In this document: in pieces, positions 9,210 to 18,884 of the stretch
Layout of the letters: each line of letters begins with the position of its first letter
Numbering within the stretch: position 1 is the first letter of the stretch
Program-made: the position numbers and the translations under genes
The notes under the pieces: model-generated
What the model saw: only the letters and a program-made list of their open reading frames with translations
What the model was told of the DNA's origin: nothing
The model's database searches: none
Origin: a virus
IMG/VR virus record: IMGVR_UViG_3300014039_000006
Strand: one strand, 5' to 3'
DNA: 64,000 nucleotides

Positions 9210-9613
9210 GAAAGAAATTGATTGTGTTTCTTCCTATTATAATGGCGTTTCTTTTATCCATTCCAGTCAAAGCCAATAACGAACCGTTTGTGATGCACAC
9301 CACGGCATATTGCCAGGGAACGATAACTGCAAGCGGAACAAAGGTCAGACGTGGCATATGTGCCGTGAAGAAAGAATGGTTGGGAAAACTTGCCATTGTC
9401 TACGAATACAAGGACGGAGAGATCGGGGATGTTATCGGATATTATGAGTGCCTTGATACAGGATTTGGTGGCGATGCTGATGGTGACGGTATTGGAAGCA
9501 TAGAAGCCGGAAGGTGCATTGATATTTATTTTCCAACTTTGGAAGAATGTAAGGATTGGATGAAGCAGACAGGTGGAAAAGTATATGTCCAGCTTGTGGA
9601 TGCGGAAGGTTAG
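9206..9613 (+). CDS. secreted 3D-domain (MltA/RlpA-like double-psi barrel) protein
   Basis: Signal peptide MRKKLIVFLPIIMAFLLSIPVKA. TAY..GTITASGTKV..G.CAV ... D.G..I...RCIDIYF pattern. Confidence 0.65.
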   Translation: MRKKLIVFLPIIMAFLLSIPVKANNEPFVMHTTAYCQGTITASGTKVRRGICAVKKEWLGKLAIVYEYKDGEIGDVIGYYECLDTGFGGDADGDGIGSIEAGRCIDIYFPTLEECKDWMKQTGGKVYVQLVDAEG

Positions 9614-9955
9614 GGAGAAGGTGAAGAAATGTACATACCACCGTTTTGGTGCGGAGTGATTGCCACGATCTTATTTGAACTGGCAGTAACAATTATTATG
9701 GCATTTGCCGTAAGGACGAAACCGGAGAAAGGAGAGGAAGACGATGATCGTAACTAATTTTAATGAGATGAGCATTGAAGAACTGGAAGCTATTTGTGAC
9801 ACGCTCCACATGGAATTATCCATTAACGACGGAAAGATCGTAGGGGCAGAGGAATAGCACCTACAACGACCGGAAATCAGAATAGGTGCTATAAAGTGAA
9901 TCAGCTATTGCTTTTTCATGCCCTATTATACCGGAGAAAGGAGAAAAAGTCAAAC

Positions 9956-10324
9956 GTGACAAAAGATAGGATAGAAAAAATTCTTATGAATATGGGGATA
10001 TATCCATATCATGTTGGGTTTAAGTATCTTGTAGAAGCGATCCCGTTAGCTTTTGAAACCTTAGGAAAAACATCATTTGCAATGTATATCTATTGCGAGG
10101 TTGGAGAGAAATGCGGAGTTGATTACAGGTGCGTAGAACGTGGAATAAGAGAGTCGCTAAAGAACATCAAAAGAGATAGCAGCGATTTCAAAAAGTACAT
10201 CGGGATTAACAAGAATGAAAAGGTTACCACGAAGAAATTTCTTTCCATGTTTGCATACAATTCTTTAAAAGAAAGGGGTGAAAGAATTGAACGAGATACA
10301 AATAACAGGAACGGTATTGGATAA
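9956..10324 (+). CDS. Spo0A C-terminal (DNA-binding) domain-only protein
   Basis: GIYPYHVGFKYLVEAI...YCEVGEKCGVDYRCVERGIRESLKNI parallels Spo0A GVPAHIKGY.YLREAI...IAKK..TT.SRVERAIRHAIE. No receiver domain. GTG start after AGGAGA. Confidence 0.65.
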   Translation: MTKDRIEKILMNMGIYPYHVGFKYLVEAIPLAFETLGKTSFAMYIYCEVGEKCGVDYRCVERGIRESLKNIKRDSSDFKKYIGINKNEKVTTKKFLSMFAYNSLKERGERIERDTNNRNGIG

Positions 10325-10901
10325 TCCGAAATATTCACATTCGATCGGAGATTGCGTGATTTATTCATTTCCACTTGCGACCAGAAGATTAAGCAGAAAT
10401 GTAGATTATGTAATGGTGCATATTTACGAAGAAATTAAAGACCAGTTTTACTTCGGTAAAAAGATTTCTATTTCTGGTGAAATGAGGACTTACAGGAGAA
10501 GAGGGGATGACGATAAACTTCATCTTTATCTGTATATAATGCCATATGCAATAGATACAAATTCGGAGTTACTTGGAGAGGACGAAGACACCGGAGTTAT
10601 CGAAGGGGAAATTCAATGGATTATTCCCTTGAGGAAGACTCCCAGAGGTCGAACAATCGTTGATTTTTGCTTGAAAAGTGAAAGGTTTAACGGAAAATAC
10701 GACACCATTCCTTGTATTGCATGGGAAGAAAATGCGAATGATATTTCCTTATTGAAACCTGGAGATAAATTGAAAGTGAGAGGACGGTTGCAGAGCCGTG
10801 AATATGTAAAGAAATTTGAAAGCGGAGAAGCGGAAGTAAGAACCGCCTATGAGTTTTCTGTTTTTGAAGTGGAAGGGAGAAAAAATGGACTTAAACAGTA
10901 A
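10278..10901 (+). CDS. tandem OB-fold, SSB/PriB-like protein
   Basis: Two segments with an SSB-like pattern (ITGTV..NP.., KLKVRGRLQSREY....G...RTAYEF.V.EVE). Confidence 0.45.
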   Translation: MKELNEIQITGTVLDNPKYSHSIGDCVIYSFPLATRRLSRNVDYVMVHIYEEIKDQFYFGKKISISGEMRTYRRRGDDDKLHLYLYIMPYAIDTNSELLGEDEDTGVIEGEIQWIIPLRKTPRGRTIVDFCLKSERFNGKYDTIPCIAWEENANDISLLKPGDKLKVRGRLQSREYVKKFESGEAEVRTAYEFSVFEVEGRKNGLKQ

Positions 10902-11196
10902 AGAAAAAGAGGAACTATTTCAAAAAATGAACAGTGCAAATGTAGATACGGTTTACGAGATCATCAAGAAAGATCAGCTTATCTTGATGATGCACGAATT
11001 AAAGGTGAAACAAGGTGCCGATCAAAAATTAACAACAACAGCGCTTCAAGCATTTTGCATATTGTTAGGAACTCTTGAAGGAGAAACAGGCTGCATAATT
11101 AAGAAAGTTGCATATGATCTTCTGTTTTCAATAATTGATATGAGATTGCGCATGGAATATGAAGCAGAGAAAGGAGAAAAGGAAGATGAAAATTAA
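10885..11196 (+). CDS. hypothetical protein
   Basis: ATG 10885 after GGAAGGGAG. Confidence 0.45.
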   Translation: MDLNSKEKEELFQKMNSANVDTVYEIIKKDQLILMMHELKVKQGADQKLTTTALQAFCILLGTLEGETGCIIKKVAYDLLFSIIDMRLRMEYEAEKGEKEDEN

Positions 11197-13141
11197 ACAC
11201 GTATTTGCACAGAATTTCTGCAAGTTTACAGGAACAAAAACGATTGATTTTGATTTTTCAGACAAGACGATCGTTTCCGGAGCAAATGAAGCCGGAAAGT
11301 CTACAATTAAGACACTGATTTATTGGATCCTGAATTGCCGTGATGAAAACGGTAAGGAGATTACAGGAATCAGACCGCATGATAAGGACGGCGTGTACAT
11401 GGACAACGTAGAAACGGTTGGAGCGGTTACATTTGACATTGACGGCGAAGAAAAGACCATGAAGAAGGTATTCCGGCAGAATATTAATAAGAAAGGCGAG
11501 TTTACCGGAAACGTCACGGATTATTATGTCAATGATATTCCGAAGAAAGCCACGGATTATGCGGATTTTATTGGCGAACGGATTGTTTCTGACGGTAAAT
11601 TACCGTACTGCATTAATACCATGACTTTACTGCTTAAAAACTCCACAGAACAGCGTGCGTTGTTACATGATACGTTCGGTCAACATACCGATGCGGATAT
11701 CTGCGATATGTTTCCGGAGTTTGAGCCGTTGAAATCTATTCTTTCAGACGGAACAATCGAGGAACTGAAAAAGCGATGTAACACACAGTTGAACGGCACA
11801 AGAGGTAAGAACGGTAGCAAAGGATTGAATGACTTGCTTGACGAAATCCCTAGCCGTATTGATGAGGTCAGCAGACAGAAAGTTGACCTTGACTTTGCGG
11901 AACTTGAACTGCAAAAGAACGGGATCCTTGAAAGAATTGCACAAATTGACAAGTCATTATCAGACAATGAAGAACTTCTTGAAGAGGAAAAGAAGAAATC
12001 GGACGGCATTCTGGAATTGAAATTCAAGATTTCAGAATTGCAGAACGAAGCCAACAGGAAAAACGACAAGAAGCGTGCTGATATCCGGTCACAGATTAGC
12101 CGTTTGGAGAACAACAGAGTGCAGTTGGATTCCGAAATTAAGGATCTTACCTTCAAGGACAAGTATCTTTCCAATTCGATCCTTACAAAAACAGAAGAAC
12201 GAAAGAAACTCGCGGAGAAGTGGAAGGTAGAACATGACCGTGTATTTGACGATTCTACACTGGTTTGTCCTTATTGCGGTCAAGAATACCCAGAAGAGAA
12301 AAAAGGCCAGTTAAAGGCTGAATTTCAACAACACAAGGCCGATGAACTGAAACACATCGAAGAAGAGGGAATGAATCTGAAATCTTACATTGACGATGGC
12401 AATGCAGAGATTTCAAAGATGCATGAATCTATTGAAGAAAAGAACACAGAATTGCAGAAGATTATTGATGAAATTGCAAATTTGAATGCAGAATACAATG
12501 CAATTTCGGCTGTTGTGGATATTTCCGATACGGAAGAGGTAAAGGAAATTCAGAAACAGATTTCAGAAATGGAATCTGCAATGAAGAAAGAAAATTACAT
12601 TGATGATATCAGGGTGAAACACAAAGCGGAAAGAGACCTTGCGAATGCAGAATTAGCAGAGGTTCAGGCTAAAATTGCAAAGTCAGCATTCAATGCACAA
12701 TTAGATGACAGAATCGCAGAACTGGAAGAGGAAAATAGAAATATCGCACAGAAAATTACGGACGTTCAAGCACAACTTGACCTGTTAAAACGGTTTAGTC
12801 GGAAGAAAAATGAACTTCTGGAAGCAGATGTGAACAGTTACTTGAATTTCTGCAAGGTGAAAATGTTCCGTCCTCTTATTAACGGTGACACAGAAGAATG
12901 CTGCGAGTTTATTTACAACGGAGAGCCATACGGACAAAGATTAAACCATGGAGCAAGGATTCTTGTAGAAATTGACATTTGCCGGGCATTTCAGAAGAAA
13001 TATGGAGCAGAGATCCCAATTATCGTTGATGATACAGAGTCCGTTGATGATTGGCGTATTCCGGAGATTGAAAGTCAGCTTATTTTATTGAAAAGAACGG
13101 ATGAAAAGGAATTGTTCGTGAAAGGAGTCACGAATGGGTAA
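11186..13141 (+). CDS. Rad50/SbcC/SMC-like AAA ATPase with long coiled coil
   Basis: N-terminal Walker A SGANEAGKST, a central coiled coil with a CPYCGQ zinc hook-like motif, and C-terminal IIVDDTES (Walker B/D-loop). Confidence 0.8.
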   Translation: MKIKHVFAQNFCKFTGTKTIDFDFSDKTIVSGANEAGKSTIKTLIYWILNCRDENGKEITGIRPHDKDGVYMDNVETVGAVTFDIDGEEKTMKKVFRQNINKKGEFTGNVTDYYVNDIPKKATDYADFIGERIVSDGKLPYCINTMTLLLKNSTEQRALLHDTFGQHTDADICDMFPEFEPLKSILSDGTIEELKKRCNTQLNGTRGKNGSKGLNDLLDEIPSRIDEVSRQKVDLDFAELELQKNGILERIAQIDKSLSDNEELLEEEKKKSDGILELKFKISELQNEANRKNDKKRADIRSQISRLENNRVQLDSEIKDLTFKDKYLSNSILTKTEERKKLAEKWKVEHDRVFDDSTLVCPYCGQEYPEEKKGQLKAEFQQHKADELKHIEEEGMNLKSYIDDGNAEISKMHESIEEKNTELQKIIDEIANLNAEYNAISAVVDISDTEEVKEIQKQISEMESAMKKENYIDDIRVKHKAERDLANAELAEVQAKIAKSAFNAQLDDRIAELEEENRNIAQKITDVQAQLDLLKRFSRKKNELLEADVNSYLNFCKVKMFRPLINGDTEECCEFIYNGEPYGQRLNHGARILVEIDICRAFQKKYGAEIPIIVDDTESVDDWRIPEIESQLILLKRTDEKELFVKGVTNG

Positions 13142-13565
13142 GCCAGTTCAAGAAAGTCGATTTGAATACAAAGGATATCCTTGCGTTGTTTTGTTTCAAC
13201 CTATCGGATTCAGGACTGGATATGTCGGGATTCGTTCTGAAAAGACGATAAAGGCAATAAATATTGAAGAAATTAATTGTCACGGTGGAATTACCTACGC
13301 AAAAAATCATCTGTACGGACAGAAAGATCAAGACATCTTTTGGATCGGTTTTGACTGCGGACATTGTTTTGATGGGTATGATGCTGAAAAAATTAAAGAG
13401 TATTACAAGGACAATGAACGGGTAATGAAGTCGTTTGTAATAATGCAGACATTTTACCGGGAACGAAACAAAGAATTAGAAGTAAGAACTTTGGAATATG
13501 CAGAAGAAGAGTGCAAGAAAATTGTAGAACAGTTGGTTTTACTTGAAAAGGAGGAAGAAAAATGA
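13134..13565 (+). CDS. hypothetical protein
   Basis: 143-aa ORF, overlap-coupled. Confidence 0.5.
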   Translation: MGKPVQESRFEYKGYPCVVLFQPIGFRTGYVGIRSEKTIKAINIEEINCHGGITYAKNHLYGQKDQDIFWIGFDCGHCFDGYDAEKIKEYYKDNERVMKSFVIMQTFYRERNKELEVRTLEYAEEECKKIVEQLVLLEKEEEK

Positions 13566-13873
13566 AGTTGTATTTTCACTTTTTAGATTCCAGTGTTATC
13601 GGTGGGGTTCGTGTTGAAGAGTGTGAGGTTAATGAAAAGCCAAAATCATATACGGCGTCTACGAAGTTTCCGGAAGGCTATACGGATAGGATAGTAAGAA
13701 AGACGGAAATCGGTGTAGTTATTGGCAGATTTAATCCGGTTGTCGTGCACTATGAGAAAGACGAAGACCGTGCAAGAAACTTGTTTATTAGAAAAGTTAT
13801 CGAGAAAATGAACGTTCTTGATGATGAAGAAGCAAGGTTGAAAAAGTTATATGAAATTTTAAATCAAAAATAA
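13562..13873 (+). CDS. hypothetical protein
   Basis: 103-aa ORF, overlap-coupled. Confidence 0.5.
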   Translation: MKLYFHFLDSSVIGGVRVEECEVNEKPKSYTASTKFPEGYTDRIVRKTEIGVVIGRFNPVVVHYEKDEDRARNLFIRKVIEKMNVLDDEEARLKKLYEILNQK

Positions 13874-13886
13874 ATGGAGGTAGGAA

Positions 13887-14159
13887 ATGAAAATTGAAAA
13901 GACCACAAACATATGTGCCAAAACGACAAATGGCGTAGAAATCAAAGTTGGTGATTCCCTGTTATTTACGGCAGAAGGAAAGAGCATTGTAGGAAAGTTT
14001 AAGGGATTCGGTAAACGCGGATCCTTGGAATTTGAAAACATTCTTGACGGTAGCTTGTTTGCGTTGATGCCGAAGAGCATTGAAAAGATTTATCCGGCGA
14101 AATTGGTTGTTGATGATGATTTCCCTATGAACAAACCGGAAGAAAGTGAGGTTAAGTGA
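13887..14159 (+). CDS. hypothetical protein
   Basis: 90-aa ORF with a GGAGGT RBS. Confidence 0.5.
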   Translation: MKIEKTTNICAKTTNGVEIKVGDSLLFTAEGKSIVGKFKGFGKRGSLEFENILDGSLFALMPKSIEKIYPAKLVVDDDFPMNKPEESEVK

Positions 14160-14161
14160 TT

Positions 14162-14911
14162 ATGGCAGAAACGGCAGAGGTAGCAGTTAAAAACAAGGCA
14201 GAAGTCAAGGAAAGCACAAACAAGGTTACAGATTATAGCCTTGGAATCTTTGGAACTTCGGACAACTTCATTATGGCAATGCAGATGGCAAAGGCGCTTT
14301 CTGAATCGACCATTGTTCCGCAGATTTACCAGAAGAATCCGTCAAACTGTTTGATTGCGATTGAACAGGCGCAACGACTTAATATCAGTCCGATTATGGT
14401 TATGCAGAATTTGTTCCCGATTCAGGGAAAACCGTCATGGGCGTCGAAATTCTTGATTGCCATGATAAACCAGTCCGGAAAATTCGACATGGAATTGCAG
14501 TATGAAGAGACGAAAGACAAGGACGGAAAGCCGTATTCTTGTGTGGCTTGGACTACGAAGAACGGCAGAAAAATTGAAGGTATGGAAGTCAATATGCAAA
14601 TGGCAAAAGACGAAGGGTGGTACGGAAAGAACGGCAGTAAGTGGAAAACCATGCCACAGCTTATGCTTCGCTACCGTGCAGCTTCATTCTTTTCTTCCTT
14701 AAACTGTCCTGAACTTACACTTGGCATTCACACAAAGGAAGAATTAGAGGACGGAGATTTCAAGGAATATCCAATGGAAGATTTACAGAAGATTGTACAG
14801 AAGGACATTGAACAGAACGCCAACGCACAGGAATTTGAGGAAGTTGCAGAGGGCGAAGTTGTAACCGAACCGGACGGACAGGCGGTAAAGGCTCCGTTTG
14901 CAGAGGGATAA
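14162..14911 (+). CDS. recT: RecT-family single-strand annealing recombinase
   Basis: MQMAKALSESTIVPQIYQKNPSNCLIAIEQAQRLNISPIMVMQNLFPIQGKPSWAS fits the RecT pattern. Confidence 0.8.
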   Translation: MAETAEVAVKNKAEVKESTNKVTDYSLGIFGTSDNFIMAMQMAKALSESTIVPQIYQKNPSNCLIAIEQAQRLNISPIMVMQNLFPIQGKPSWASKFLIAMINQSGKFDMELQYEETKDKDGKPYSCVAWTTKNGRKIEGMEVNMQMAKDEGWYGKNGSKWKTMPQLMLRYRAASFFSSLNCPELTLGIHTKEELEDGDFKEYPMEDLQKIVQKDIEQNANAQEFEEVAEGEVVTEPDGQAVKAPFAEG

Positions 14912-14948
14912 GGCATGATGAAACAGGGTGATGCGAGGAAGGAGTTTT

Positions 14949-15374
14949 ATGCAAGCAGAATGGAAGATTAAAGGTATTTACAAGGCAGACGCTCAAAAGA
15001 TTGCGGATGAAATAGGGGACAATAAGATTTCTCCGCAAGAATTACTAGAAAAGGCAAGGAATGAAGATTCTGAACTTCATAAGTGTTTTGAGTGGGACGA
15101 TTCCGTAGCTGCCGAAAAGTACAGATTGATACAGGCGAGACAGATAATTGTGAACCTTGTGTATAAAAAGGCCACAAAAGAGGAACAGCCTGTAAGATGC
15201 TTTCAGATTAGTTCCGAAAGAACCGTCTATCAGCCAACGACACAATTTCTTGTGCAAGAGGACGAATATCAGGCATTGCTTAAACGGGCGAAATCGGAAC
15301 TTGAAAGTTTCAAAAGGAGATATTCTACACTTACTGAATTGGAGTCGGTATTTGAAGCAATAGAAGCATTATAA
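14949..15374 (+). CDS. hypothetical protein
   Basis: ORF with the motif FEWDDSVAAEKYRLIQARQII. Confidence 0.45.
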   Translation: MQAEWKIKGIYKADAQKIADEIGDNKISPQELLEKARNEDSELHKCFEWDDSVAAEKYRLIQARQIIVNLVYKKATKEEQPVRCFQISSERTVYQPTTQFLVQEDEYQALLKRAKSELESFKRRYSTLTELESVFEAIEAL

Positions 15375-15540
15375 AGGAACAAAAATATATTTAGTGTACT
15401 GGTAGGTGTTATGTTGGCATTAAAGTCAATAATTCAGAAAAGGAAACTACAGATAAGAGAAGCAAAATACAAAACATAGGAAATAACTAAAAATTGATTT
15501 TAAAGCTGACACAATGCCTATCAGTACAAAAGGCATTTTC

Positions 15541-15677
15541 AAGTGTCTAGTAGGTAAGTTGATTTCTTACCAAAACACTACAGAACAGCAAACTACAGAG
15601 CAGAAAACTATAATGCAGAACAGCGTAGCAAAAAAATAGATAAACCACATAGATTTTGACTTACCTGTTAGGCACTT
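15541..15677 (+). ncRNA. structured leader or RNA element upstream of 15702 gene
   Basis: 19-nt arms at 15541-15559 and 15659-15677 pair with 16 Watson-Crick and 3 G-U pairs on the plus-strand RNA only. They enclose ACUACAG / CAGAACAGC repeats. A third half-site copy lies at 15393-15410. Confidence 0.45.
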
Positions 15678-15701
15678 GATGATGCAAAAGAAAGGAGAAA
15701 A

Positions 15702-16379
15702 ATGGCAAAAGCAAAGAAAATCACAATCGAACCGCTGAAAGAAACTACAATGCTTATTTCTCTTGTTGGAGATACTGATTTGATTTTATCTTCTAGAAAC
15801 AGGCTGTATGTTCAATCGGAAGTTTGGAGACAATCACACGATAAAGGAAGTGATCTACCGGATATATTTAAACAATCAAAGAACATCTGGGAGAACAGAA
15901 TTACTTCTATTCACTGGAAGAATCCTATTGAATATCACGATGAAGATATTTCTCTTTACACGGAAGATGAATGGAAGAAGTACATGAAAGAAAATCAGCC
16001 TTGCTTGCTCGGAATTGGCTTTAGAAAAAGTTTTAAAGAAGCGTTTGTTACTTTTTACAAGGACAGTACAGGTAAAAACGGAACTGATTTTACAAGAGCA
16101 TTGTGTATGGGAGACACCATTTTTCCTATTACGTTTTCTTCTGTAAGAATTGAAGATACTCTTGTCCCGACTAATGAAATGTGCACAACCTCTGTTATAC
16201 AGACACAGAATGTTTTTAGCGGTTGGAAATGCGATATTTTGATTAGTTGCGTTGACATTGTTTTTCCGCCGGAAACAATCTTATCTGTTATTAATACAAC
16301 AGGAAAATATATCGGCATTGGATCGCAACGCAAGAACGGAATGGGAAGATACCACATTGAAAATGTAAAAATGGTTTAG
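15702..16379 (+). CDS. hypothetical protein with C-terminal GhGxxxxxGhG glycine-rich loop
   Basis: 225 aa ending ..GKYIGIGSQRKNGMGRYHIENV. The loop resembles the RAMP/Cas6 signature. No other similarity recognised. Confidence 0.55.
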   Translation: MAKAKKITIEPLKETTMLISLVGDTDLILSSRNRLYVQSEVWRQSHDKGSDLPDIFKQSKNIWENRITSIHWKNPIEYHDEDISLYTEDEWKKYMKENQPCLLGIGFRKSFKEAFVTFYKDSTGKNGTDFTRALCMGDTIFPITFSSVRIEDTLVPTNEMCTTSVIQTQNVFSGWKCDILISCVDIVFPPETILSVINTTGKYIGIGSQRKNGMGRYHIENVKMV

Positions 16380-16393
16380 AAAGGAGTTTTTCG

Positions 16394-16621
16394 ATGAGAG
16401 TTATAAGTCAGGACGGAACACTTGATATTCCGTATGAAGGCCATATATTCGGTGCAGATACGGAAGAAAATTGCATAATAGCGGTACATTTTAAAAACCC
16501 TAGTCCATGCATGGCTTGGTATTCTACGAAAGAAAAAACACTTAAGGCTCTTAAAATGTTGCGCGAAGCACGTAAAAACGGATGCGTAGTATTTCAATTT
16601 CCAAAGGAAGATGAGGTATAA
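16394..16621 (+). CDS. hypothetical protein
   Basis: 75-aa ORF with an AAGGAG RBS. Confidence 0.5.
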   Translation: MRVISQDGTLDIPYEGHIFGADTEENCIIAVHFKNPSPCMAWYSTKEKTLKALKMLREARKNGCVVFQFPKEDEV

Positions 16622-16623
16622 AT

Positions 16624-16980
16624 ATGAAGATTATTGAGGGAAAAGAAAAAGAATACAAGGAATGGTACGACAAAAATAGCGATGCTTATAGCAGAGCATG
16701 TTTTACATTCGCAGAAAGATGGGCGGAACTTTTGGAAGAAAAAATAGACAACTCTTCCGATTGCCCGATGAAGGTAATTGTCGATAACGCAGAACAATTA
16801 AGTGACGAAGCAGACACAGAAGGAATCACGGGATTTATGTATGGTTGCGCTGTTAATATTCTCTCGAGAGAATGGGAATACGGCGATGAATTGAGAAGAT
16901 GGCATAACGGAAAATACGATTATCAGGGCGAAGGAACTGTAAATCCGGCTATTCTTACGGTTGGTGGCAAAGATGATTAA
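16624..16980 (+). CDS. hypothetical protein
   Basis: 118-aa ORF. Confidence 0.5.
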   Translation: MKIIEGKEKEYKEWYDKNSDAYSRACFTFAERWAELLEEKIDNSSDCPMKVIVDNAEQLSDEADTEGITGFMYGCAVNILSREWEYGDELRRWHNGKYDYQGEGTVNPAILTVGGKDD

Positions 16981-17677
16981 TCTGAAATGCCTATCTTCCG
17001 GAAGTAAAGGGAACTGCTATCTTCTGGAAGCTGATAACGGAGAAGTGCTTATCATTGATGCCGGAATACCAATCATGGATATTAAGCGTGGTCTGAACTG
17101 GAATGTAAGAAGTGTAGTCGGTGCGGTTGTTACGCACCGGCACACAGACCACAGTAAAAGCATTGATGATTTACGTCACATGGGAATAAGGGTTGTTGCA
17201 CCGTATGAATCCGGAAATGTAAAGTCCATGAGTTTTTCGATGGGAAGTTTCAAGATGCAGGCTTTTGATGTTCCACATAACGGTTGTTGGAATAACGGAT
17301 TTTTGATTAAGACTCCGGACGGACAGAAAATCTTGTATATGACCGATTTGGAGTATTGCCCGTATTCTTTCCGGAAGCAGAGCGTAGACCATATGCTTAT
17401 CGAGTGCAATTACATGAAATCACTGGTTGATACGGACGCTCCGAATTATGTTCACAAGATTCGAGGTCACTGTGAACTGGAAACGACAAAAGGAATCGTC
17501 AAAGAGAACGCAACAAATAGCCTTGTAAACGTTATATTGTGTCATTTGGGGCGTGATACTTGCGAAGAGGACAAAGTTATCGAAGAAGTAAAAAAGATCG
17601 TTCCTAAAGCCAATGTGGACGTTGCAAAAGTCGGTAAGGAATGGATTTTAAGAAAGGGCGGTGAGTGTCCGTTTTGA
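16973..17677 (+). CDS. MBL-fold metallo-hydrolase (candidate recombination nuclease)
   Basis: HRHTDH motif. Sits between RecT and SSB. Confidence 0.75.
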   Translation: MINLKCLSSGSKGNCYLLEADNGEVLIIDAGIPIMDIKRGLNWNVRSVVGAVVTHRHTDHSKSIDDLRHMGIRVVAPYESGNVKSMSFSMGSFKMQAFDVPHNGCWNNGFLIKTPDGQKILYMTDLEYCPYSFRKQSVDHMLIECNYMKSLVDTDAPNYVHKIRGHCELETTKGIVKENATNSLVNVILCHLGRDTCEEDKVIEEVKKIVPKANVDVAKVGKEWILRKGGECPF

Positions 17678-17846
17678 GTACTTGGATTTCTATTTTTGAT
17701 GCAATATCAATAGTGATAGATAGTCTTTGTGTATCATTTTGGTATTTGCAGTTTAAGAAAGAACAATCACAAAAAAATTTGTTTTGGCTTATTGTGTGTT
17801 CGGTATTATTGATAAAAACAATTATTTGAAAGCGAGGTAAAACGCA

Positions 17847-18278
17847 ATGAATAAAGTAATTATATGTGGAAGACTTGTCCGTGATCCGGAAGTGAGATAT
17901 TCACAGGGAGAAAAGTCAACGGCTATCGCAAGGTACACGGTAGCGGTAGACCGGAAATTTAAAAAAGACGGAGAACAGAGCACAGATTTTATTAGCTGCA
18001 TTGCTTTTGGAAAGCCGGCTGAATTTGCGGAAAAGTATCTCCGCAAGGGAATTAAGATGCTGATTGTCGGTCGCATTCAGACCGGAAGTTACACAAACAA
18101 GGACGGTCAGAAAGTCTACACGACAGACGTTGTTGTTGAGGAACAGGAGTTTTCAGAAAGCAAAAATTCTTCTCAATCTGCAAATCAGAACACGCAAGCA
18201 CCTCCCGTTGGCGAATCTACTGGCGATGAATTTATGAGCATTCCGGACGGAATCGACGAAGAACTACCATTTAACTAA
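17847..18278 (+). CDS. ssb: single-stranded DNA-binding protein
   Basis: MNKVIICGRLVRDPEVRY...IVGRIQTGSYTNKDGQKVYTTDVVV with an acidic tail DEELPF. Confidence 0.9.
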   Translation: MNKVIICGRLVRDPEVRYSQGEKSTAIARYTVAVDRKFKKDGEQSTDFISCIAFGKPAEFAEKYLRKGIKMLIVGRIQTGSYTNKDGQKVYTTDVVVEEQEFSESKNSSQSANQNTQAPPVGESTGDEFMSIPDGIDEELPFN

Positions 18279-18290
18279 GGAGTGTGCGAT

Positions 18291-18677
18291 ATGAAGAAAA
18301 AGGAACTTGCATATACCATGCTTCAAGGTGGCGCATCCATTAATGAAGTAGCTGAAAAGACAGGATTCAGTAAAGTCTACGTTAGGGAAATAAGAAGAAG
18401 TGCCATTCCTAAAATTACAATTTCGGATTATGAAGACAAAATTTGTTCCATGAGAGAAGAGGGAAAAACATATGAAGAAATCGGCAGAGAAATCGGATAT
18501 AGCGAATCGACAATCAAAAACTTTTTGCAGAAAGTCAGACAGGAAAGGAAGATCGTAGAAAACGCCCAGGAAGAAAGGAATCTTACATACGCTTCCAATA
18601 AACCTCCGAGAAGTTACCGGGTTTCCTATCATGGGAAACGGTATCTTTGCGAAAATGAGTTTTATATTCCGAGATAA
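18291..18677 (+). CDS. HTH DNA-binding protein (two resolvase/sigma-r4-like HTH motifs)
   Basis: GASINEVAEKTGFSKVYVREI and KTYEEIGREIGYSESTIKNFL. Confidence 0.55.
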   Translation: MKKKELAYTMLQGGASINEVAEKTGFSKVYVREIRRSAIPKITISDYEDKICSMREEGKTYEEIGREIGYSESTIKNFLQKVRQERKIVENAQEERNLTYASNKPPRSYRVSYHGKRYLCENEFYIPR

Positions 18678-18686
18678 TGGAGGTTT

Positions 18687-18869
18687 TTGATGAAAACAAG
18701 AATTGGACGTTTGAAAATTGGAGATTGCTTCACTTGTGATGGAATTATGTACAAAATAATTTCATTAGAAGAAAATCTAAGCGGATATGTTGTTTGCCGC
18801 GATCTGGAAATCGGTAAGATGTGGCTTTTTCAGATTGATGAAAAAGTTGAAGCGGTTATATTAAGGTGA
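18687..18869 (+). CDS. hypothetical protein
   Basis: 60-aa ORF with a GGAGG RBS. Confidence 0.4.
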   Translation: MMKTRIGRLKIGDCFTCDGIMYKIISLEENLSGYVVCRDLEIGKMWLFQIDEKVEAVILR

Positions 18870-18884
18870 TTGGAGGAAAAGAAA

